This document shows, in pieces, positions 57,786-64,000 of a stretch of 64,000 nt of DNA. The stretch covers positions 120,987-184,986 of the forward strand of contig JAZURV010000004.1 in the NCBI GenBank assembly GCA_045606425.1, read 5' to 3'. This stretch comes from Candidatus Enterousia sp. (GTDB lineage: Bacteria; Pseudomonadota; Alphaproteobacteria; Rs-D84). The first letter of the stretch is position 1, and each line of letters opens with the position of its first letter. The notes under the pieces are model-generated. The model was not told the origin of the DNA, searched no databases, and saw only the letters and a program-made list of their open reading frames with translations. Both the position numbers and the translations under genes were made by a program.

Positions 57786-59566
57786 AACTGTCTAATTCGT
57801 CTTTTTTATGCCTGGATATCGGAACATATGGTGTCCGTGGTCTGGCGCACATGGTCAGGGACGCGCGCATTGTTCAATCTGCGATGCATTTTGTAAAAAA
57901 TCCAAACACATTTTTTGCATTAAAAAGCGTTATCGACGAATTGGAAAACCAATTAAAAACGCGATTTGATTCTGCGTTTATCACTGGTAATTTTGGCGTT
58001 GCAGATTTCAAAACTATATCCGATACAATTTCATGGAATGACGAACACAAAATAACTGAATTGGATTTGAAACATCAGATTGCAAAAATATCAGTCCCAG
58101 ATGATTTCTATGCGATGCATATCATACCTTTATTTTATGGTACACCAAACATAAAAAACATCAGCAACAGCCCCATTGGTCACATCGACACACAATTGAA
58201 ATCTATATTCAGTGTAATTTCATACGAAACAGAAACAACGGCATATATATCAGATATTCTGCGCCGTTCACATTTACAGTGCAGCGGATTCCTGGACCCC
58301 AGTTTTTTACAGAACGCCGTCTATCGTCGCACAAATGAACGCGTTATGTTTGTTGATTTGGGCAATGAATTCACAACTGTTTCTATATGGACAATGCGCG
58401 GGCCGTTGTATTTCAACAAAATAAAATTTGGCGGGCGCGATATAACAAATGCTATTTCACACGGATTGAATATAAAACCAAATGATGCAGACACACTTAA
58501 AATATCGGTTGGTTCTGCAATTCCAAATGAAATGGACAGATTTACCCCGGCGGACGCATCTGAAAAATTTGCATCTTTTTCCCGTGCAGATATAAATGAC
58601 ATTTTTATACCAACCCTGAAAGAACTGATTAAAAATATTTATGAACAATCTGGGAAATACATAAATCAGTATAAACCGGAAAAAATTATCCTGACTGGCG
58701 GTGGGGCTACTATAAATAATATAAACACAGTTTTTGAGGGCGTGTTTGATTTACCGGTTGAAAACCTGGGCGACAGCGCCAGTGTAAATGCGTTGTCTGA
58801 ATATATCTGGAATACATACCTGCCGGAACGAAACGATTATATTCAAAACCAGGAAAGAATTAAAAACATAATTGGAAAAATCACTGCTTTTTGCAAACCG
58901 AAAAAAAAGACAAAAAAACAAAAATTCGTACCAATCATGCCCAGTTCGCTGTGTTTCAACATGAATGACATGACAACATATACCATGTTTGCCAGCGCAG
59001 GTATTTCAACAATTCATGTTGATATCATGGACGGTTTTTATGTCGATAAAATGGCAGGCAGTATTTCTGAATTGGCAAACATCAGAACAAAAACAAAATC
59101 ACACCTGCATGTACATTTAATGACAGAAAGCCCGTCTGTCTGGGCAACCGATGCAATAAACGCAGGCGCCGATACAATCATACTTTCAACAAACACATCG
59201 GGTGTAAAGAACGCCATTAAAATCGTTCATGATGCTGGCAAACGCGTTGGTATCGCATTAAACCCAGATTCAAATGTTGAAATTTTAATACCAATTTTAA
59301 AAGAAATTGACGAAGTTATGGTTATGGGTGTCAAACCTGGGGCTGCCGGCCAGAAATTTAATGATGATGTTTTGCAAAAAATCAAAACATTGGATTACAC
59401 ACGAAAAAAACACTGTTTGAAATATTTAATCAGTGTTGATGGCGGAATAAATCCAGACACCGCAAAGTTGTGCTGGAACGCTGGTGCCGATTTGTTGGTC
59501 AGTGGTTCTTACCTGGCACACGCCAACGATTTCCCATTGGCAGTGCAAAGTTTATTGAATCACTAG
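57782..59566 (+). CDS. ftsA: FtsA-like cell-division ATPase fused in-frame to ribulose-phosphate 3-epimerase (Rpe)
   Basis: The N-terminal ~370 aa is actin-like FtsA (CLDIGTYGVRGL; MFVDLGNEFTTVSIW...GGRDITNAISHG; KIILTGGGATINNINTV). A Lys-rich linker is encoded by the A8/A7/A5 tracts at 58901-58924. The C-terminal ~215 aa is a complete Rpe (PSSLC..HVDIMDGFYV, HLHVHLM, MGVKPGAAGQKF, SVDGGI, GADLLVSGS). Confidence 0.75.
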   Translation: MKLSNSSFLCLDIGTYGVRGLAHMVRDARIVQSAMHFVKNPNTFFALKSVIDELENQLKTRFDSAFITGNFGVADFKTISDTISWNDEHKITELDLKHQIAKISVPDDFYAMHIIPLFYGTPNIKNISNSPIGHIDTQLKSIFSVISYETETTAYISDILRRSHLQCSGFLDPSFLQNAVYRRTNERVMFVDLGNEFTTVSIWTMRGPLYFNKIKFGGRDITNAISHGLNIKPNDADTLKISVGSAIPNEMDRFTPADASEKFASFSRADINDIFIPTLKELIKNIYEQSGKYINQYKPEKIILTGGGATINNINTVFEGVFDLPVENLGDSASVNALSEYIWNTYLPERNDYIQNQERIKNIIGKITAFCKPKKKTKKQKFVPIMPSSLCFNMNDMTTYTMFASAGISTIHVDIMDGFYVDKMAGSISELANIRTKTKSHLHVHLMTESPSVWATDAINAGADTIILSTNTSGVKNAIKIVHDAGKRVGIALNPDSNVEILIPILKEIDEVMVMGVKPGAAGQKFNDDVLQKIKTLDYTRKKHCLKYLISVDGGINPDTAKLCWNAGADLLVSGSYLAHANDFPLAVQSLLNH

Positions 59567-59950
59567 TTTTCGTCCTTGCCCGTTTTGGGTTATATAAATA
59601 TGAATTGTGTTTTTCGGCAAAAAATCTTTTGCGATATCCGGCCATTCAATCAGGGTGATATCATTGTCGATTGCATACGGCAAACCGATTTCTTCCAATT
59701 CAGACGCGTCACCTATTCTGTATAAATCGAAATGTGAAATTCCGTCATAATTTTGAACAAGTGTAAAAGTCGGACTGGGCACCACAGTATCTGCCCCGCG
59801 CAGGGTTTTAATTATTTCGCGCGCAATTTCACTTTTTCCCATTCCCAAATCACCATGCAACGCGACAGCCACCGGCGCAGACAAAGTTTTTGCAAATTCG
59901 CGCGCCCACGCACGCGTTTCATCAACATTATTTAATATATATTCTTTCAT
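59552..59950 (-). CDS. tsaE: tRNA threonylcarbamoyladenosine biosynthesis protein TsaE
   Basis: P-loop LHGDLGMGKSE; TsaE/YjeE size; probable start MKEYILNN. Confidence 0.85.
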   Translation of the reverse strand: MKEYILNNVDETRAWAREFAKTLSAPVAVALHGDLGMGKSEIAREIIKTLRGADTVVPSPTFTLVQNYDGISHFDLYRIGDASELEEIGLPYAIDNDITLIEWPDIAKDFLPKNTIHIYITQNGQGRKLVIQ

Positions 59951-59951
59951 T

Positions 59952-61961
59952 TTATTCCACCAATAATAAATCGTCTTCCAGTGCATGAATCAAATCGCGA
60001 ATTTGTGCAGCCTGTTCAAACTCCAGATTTTCAGCGTGCTTTTGCATTTCTTTGGTAAGTTTTTTAATTTCCTTGCGCAAAGATTCTGCGTCCATCACAC
60101 CGCCATTTTTATTATACACAAATTTTCGTGATTTGTCTGTTTTTTCTTCTTTGGCTTTCACTTCATCGAACACAGACTTCGAAATTGTTTTTGGCGTTAT
60201 ACCATGTTCTTTGTTATACGCCATTTGTTTTTCGCGACGCCGCGCAGTTTCGTCCAGTGCCGCCCGCATAGATTCTGTTATCGTATCCCCATACAAAATC
60301 ACCCGACCGTTTGCATTTCGTGCTGCACGACCAATTGTCTGAATCAGCGAACGCGTCGAACGCAAAAATCCCTCTTTATCTGCGTCCATAATCGCAACCA
60401 ATTCGCATTCTGGTACATCTAATCCTTCGCGTAAAAGATTTATTCCAACCAAAACATCATATTTGCCCAACCTTAAATCACGCAACAAATCTATGCGTTC
60501 CAATGTTTCAATATCAGAATGCAAATACCGCGCACGAACATTGTTTTCCACAAAATAATCGGTCAATTGTTCTGCCATTTTTTTGGTCAATGTTGTGACA
60601 ATAACACGCCCTTTTGTTTTTTTAACTTCGTACAATAAATCATCAACCTGATGTTCGGTTGGACGCACTTCGCATATTGGGTCTAATAATCCTGTTGGAC
60701 GAATAACCTGTTCAGAAACGATTCCGTTTGATTGTTCCAATTCCCACTGTGCTGGTGTTGCAGACACAAATATGGTCTGGGGGCGCAACGCGTCCCATTC
60801 ATCAAAAGTAAGTGGACGATTATCCACACATGACGGCAAACGAAACCCATATTGCGCCAATGTTTCTTTGCGCGCCCTGTCGCCGCGCGACATCGCACCA
60901 ATTTGTGGCACGGTCACATGGCTTTCGTCCAAAAACAACAACGCATCTTTTGGTAAATATTCAAACAAAGTTGGTGGTGGTTGCCCCGGCAGGCGTCCGG
61001 TTAAATACCTGGAATAATTTTCAATACCACGACAAGTCCCTGTTGATTCCATCATTTCGATATCAAAATTCACGCGTTCGCGCAATCTTTGTTCTTCGAC
61101 AAATTTCATATTGTCATGGAAATATTTTAATCTTTCTTCTAAATCTTGTCGTATGTTTCCAATCGCCTGTAATACAGACGGCATAGGCGTTGCATAGTGA
61201 GTATTTGGATAAACAACTATGCGGTCCAGTTTGTGTAATTTTCCACCGGTCAGGGTATCTATTTCCCAAATTTCATCTATTTCATCACCAAAGAAAGATA
61301 ATTTCCATGCCCTGTCTTGGGAATGCGATGGAAAGATATCCAATGTATCGCCACGCGCACGAAAATCACCGCGCGCAAAACCCATTTCATTTCTTTTATA
61401 TTGGATATCGACCAGGGCGCGCATAACATCTTTTTCTGATATTTTATCGCCAACATTTAACACCAATTTCATTTCAGAATACTGTTCAGGCGAACCAATA
61501 CCATAAATAGACGACACAGACGAAACAACAATAACATCGCGTTCTTCCAACATGGCACGCGTTGCAGAATGGCGCATACGGTCCAGTTGTTCGTTTATGG
61601 CTGCATCTTTATCGATATATGTATCGGTTGTTGGAACATAGGCTTCTGGTTGATAATAATCATAGAAAGAAACAAAATATTCCACATGATTATGCGGGAA
61701 AAAAGCCTTCATTTCAGTGTATAACTGTGCTGCCAGAATTTTGTTTGGTGCCATAATCATCGTTGGGCGCCCCAATTCTTTTATCACATTTGCCATGGTA
61801 AAAGTCTTACCAGAACCAGTCACCCCCAACAAAACCTGGGATTTGCGGCCCTCTTGTACACCCGCAACCAATTCAGATATCGCCGTTGGTTGGTCCCCCA
61901 TCGGCGCAAAATCAGATTCCAGTGAAAAAATACTTTTAACATCTTTCATTTTTTTATTCAC
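59952..61961 (-). CDS. uvrB: Excinuclease ABC subunit B
   Basis: 669 aa; Walker A GVTGSGKT, helicase motifs, C-terminal UvrB/UvrC interaction domain. Confidence 0.95.
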   Translation of the reverse strand: MNKKMKDVKSIFSLESDFAPMGDQPTAISELVAGVQEGRKSQVLLGVTGSGKTFTMANVIKELGRPTMIMAPNKILAAQLYTEMKAFFPHNHVEYFVSFYDYYQPEAYVPTTDTYIDKDAAINEQLDRMRHSATRAMLEERDVIVVSSVSSIYGIGSPEQYSEMKLVLNVGDKISEKDVMRALVDIQYKRNEMGFARGDFRARGDTLDIFPSHSQDRAWKLSFFGDEIDEIWEIDTLTGGKLHKLDRIVVYPNTHYATPMPSVLQAIGNIRQDLEERLKYFHDNMKFVEEQRLRERVNFDIEMMESTGTCRGIENYSRYLTGRLPGQPPPTLFEYLPKDALLFLDESHVTVPQIGAMSRGDRARKETLAQYGFRLPSCVDNRPLTFDEWDALRPQTIFVSATPAQWELEQSNGIVSEQVIRPTGLLDPICEVRPTEHQVDDLLYEVKKTKGRVIVTTLTKKMAEQLTDYFVENNVRARYLHSDIETLERIDLLRDLRLGKYDVLVGINLLREGLDVPECELVAIMDADKEGFLRSTRSLIQTIGRAARNANGRVILYGDTITESMRAALDETARRREKQMAYNKEHGITPKTISKSVFDEVKAKEEKTDKSRKFVYNKNGGVMDAESLRKEIKKLTKEMQKHAENLEFEQAAQIRDLIHALEDDLLLVE

Positions 61962-62007
61962 ATACCCTAATATAATTCATTATAATGAAAATACAAGGGA
62001 AAGAGAA

Positions 62008-64000
62008 TATGACCAGCAAACAAAAACACGCTAACAAAATTTTAATATTTTTATTGGGCTTTATCGCGGTTTTGATATTGGCCATTATCACCATTCCGAC
62101 CAAGATAACCCTGAACAGCCTTAAACCAAAAATTGAAGAGGCTATTTTGTCCCAAACCGGTATCGACGCAAAAATTCATGGAAATGTAAATTTCAGTCTG
62201 ATGGGTCATGCTGCCATTGTGGCACATAATATATCTGTGCCAAACGGGGTTATATCTTCGATTGAATTTGGCATACCATTGTTAGATATGTTTGATATAA
62301 AAAACGCTAATATTTCTGGTGACATTCGTGTAAATGGCGCGTCGCTTTATATTGAAAAAATTGTACCATTTAAAATAAACAATAAAATCATTGTGAAAAA
62401 TTCGTCTGTAAAATTCCTGAACAAAGAATATCAAATTATTCATGCAGACATGTCCAAAGACAGCACAGAAGCATTCGTTCGTACCGACCAACACAAATAC
62501 GAAATAAAAACAAATGGCAACAAATTTCACATCAAAAATAAAAATAACGATTTGAATTTAACCGGCGAATTATTTGATGACGGAACAGCACGGGGTCACA
62601 TAGACATAATTGCGCAAAACATAAACAGGTGGTTTGAATTCGAAACCCCGCGTATTACTGGACAGTTTCCAATCCAGGCCGATGTTTTCTGGAACGGCGG
62701 ATACGGAATAAAATTCGATAATTTATCTGCGAACGGCGTCACCGGCAGCATTGAATTCCAAGACGACGGATATAAAATCATAAAACTAAAATCGGACGAT
62801 GCCAATTTTGACATGTCGTTCTTTGTTGACACACCAGAAATATTAAAAACAGCTCTACTTGATTTAGATTTTCACGGCGATATGAAATTCTTGAATCAAC
62901 GATTCAATAACTTAAAAATTATGACACATGGTTCTGACAACGAAATCAAAATCGACACCATTATTGCAGACAATGTCAAAATAACCGGCGGAACAGTTGA
63001 CAAAGATGGTGCACACGATGTCTTTATCGCAGGTCCACTGTCTGGTCTGCACACGACATGTCTTTTTAATGGCACGCCGACGGATTGGTATTGCAAAGAA
63101 TATTCACACGGGAACAATATTACTTCTGTTTTTTCAGTCAAAGACGATGTGATAAACGCAGATGTTTATTCCACTGCAATATATGCAGATATGAAACCGT
63201 TTGTTGTCACAATACGAAAATTGGCGTCCAGTGGCGAAGTCAGATTTTATTACCCAGATATGGTTGGAACATTACATCTGGGCAAAGACAGTTATACTGT
63301 TGATTACACGCGTTTGGACAACTGGTCGTTAAACCAGGCAAAAGTCAGTTTAAAATTTTTGCCAGATTTTATGAAAGACGAACCAGGTGATTTCGTACGC
63401 GTCAGTGGGGTTATGATTTTTACACCAAAATCGAAACAATGGCAATTATCCAAAAGCACAGATTTCTTTATCCTGCGCGGTGAAAATTTCAAACGCCTGA
63501 CACAAAAGGCTGATTTGCAGGCCTTTAATGATTTGCCATATGTTTTATCTGGCATCTATAAAAACGGAAACATATCTGATTTTACTGTTGAAATCGCAGG
63601 TCATAAATTTGTGGGCAATTTGAACGGAAAATCTATCAAGGCCAACACAGATATTTTAAACGCGGACGCTTTTGCCAATAAAGAATTCATAAATAAATTC
63701 GAAGATTTATCTTTCTTTACAAAACACCCCATATTATTACCTTTTGATGTAAATTTGAATGTCGCATTATCGGCAGACAAACTGATTTATGGCGGAACAG
63801 AATATAAAAACTTTGTGTATTCACTGCACAACAACACACAAACTGTTTCAATATCAGATTCAAATCGTGGCAATTTATTGGCGTCTATCATCAAAGATAA
63901 CATAAAATACGCGATAAACATTCAATTAAATAAATTTTTGTTTGATAAAAAACTTTTACCTGAATCCATGCCTTTAAATATTTCCAACACAGCAATCACT
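62008..64000 (+). CDS. AsmA-family protein, N-terminal part (continues beyond window end)
   Basis: The ATG at 62008 follows aaggga/aagaga; MTSKQKHANKILIFLLGFIAVLILAIITIPTKITLNSLKPKIEEAI... has an N-terminal TM anchor and the frame stays open to the window end. It is absent from the ORF track because it is truncated. Confidence 0.6.

Noticed and set aside
1-64000. CRISPR arrays, rRNA genes, transposases/integrases, and a defence island with nucleases/ATPases
   Set aside because: No short direct repeats with regular spacing, no 16S/23S/5S-like sequence, and no transposase or integrase ORF were found. The only mobile-element-like signature is the tRNA-Gly 3'-end duplication.

Overview
AT-rich bacterial chromosomal segment. 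Gene content (AddB, separate secD/secF, DUF721, LolCDE, FtsQ/FtsA, XerD, LpoA-like lipoprotein) suggests an alphaproteobacterium, possibly a host-associated or amoeba-symbiont-like lineage. This taxonomic guess is inference from the proteins and was not checked against any database.

The window is mostly housekeeping genes (protein export, DNA repair/recombination, translation, cell division, lipoprotein sorting, tRNA-Gly and tRNA-Tyr). Several accessory regions are embedded in that backbone:

- A new family of three structured RNA leader/attenuator elements. Two copies show compensatory base-pair covariation, and each carries a CCAAT-N4-ATTGG dyad. Two copies sit as inverted repeats with a paralogous 124-aa ORF, flanking yebC-ruvA-mnmE. 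The third lies upstream of a secreted-protein gene.
- An island of eight glycosyltransferase genes between typA and recA, including eukaryote-type families GT61/DUF563, GT92 and GT32-like.
- Three tandem FadD-like acyl-CoA/ACP synthetase paralogs; the second and third are translationally coupled.
- Three secreted Cys-rich proteins with eukaryote-like (ephrin-receptor-like) Cys repeats and Listeria-Bacteroides repeats.
- An in-frame FtsA-Rpe fusion ORF whose junction lies in A8/A7 homopolymer tracts.
- A duplicated 3' end of tRNA-Gly (att-site-like remnant) next to an islet of small unknown genes.

No CRISPR array, transposase or rRNA was seen.
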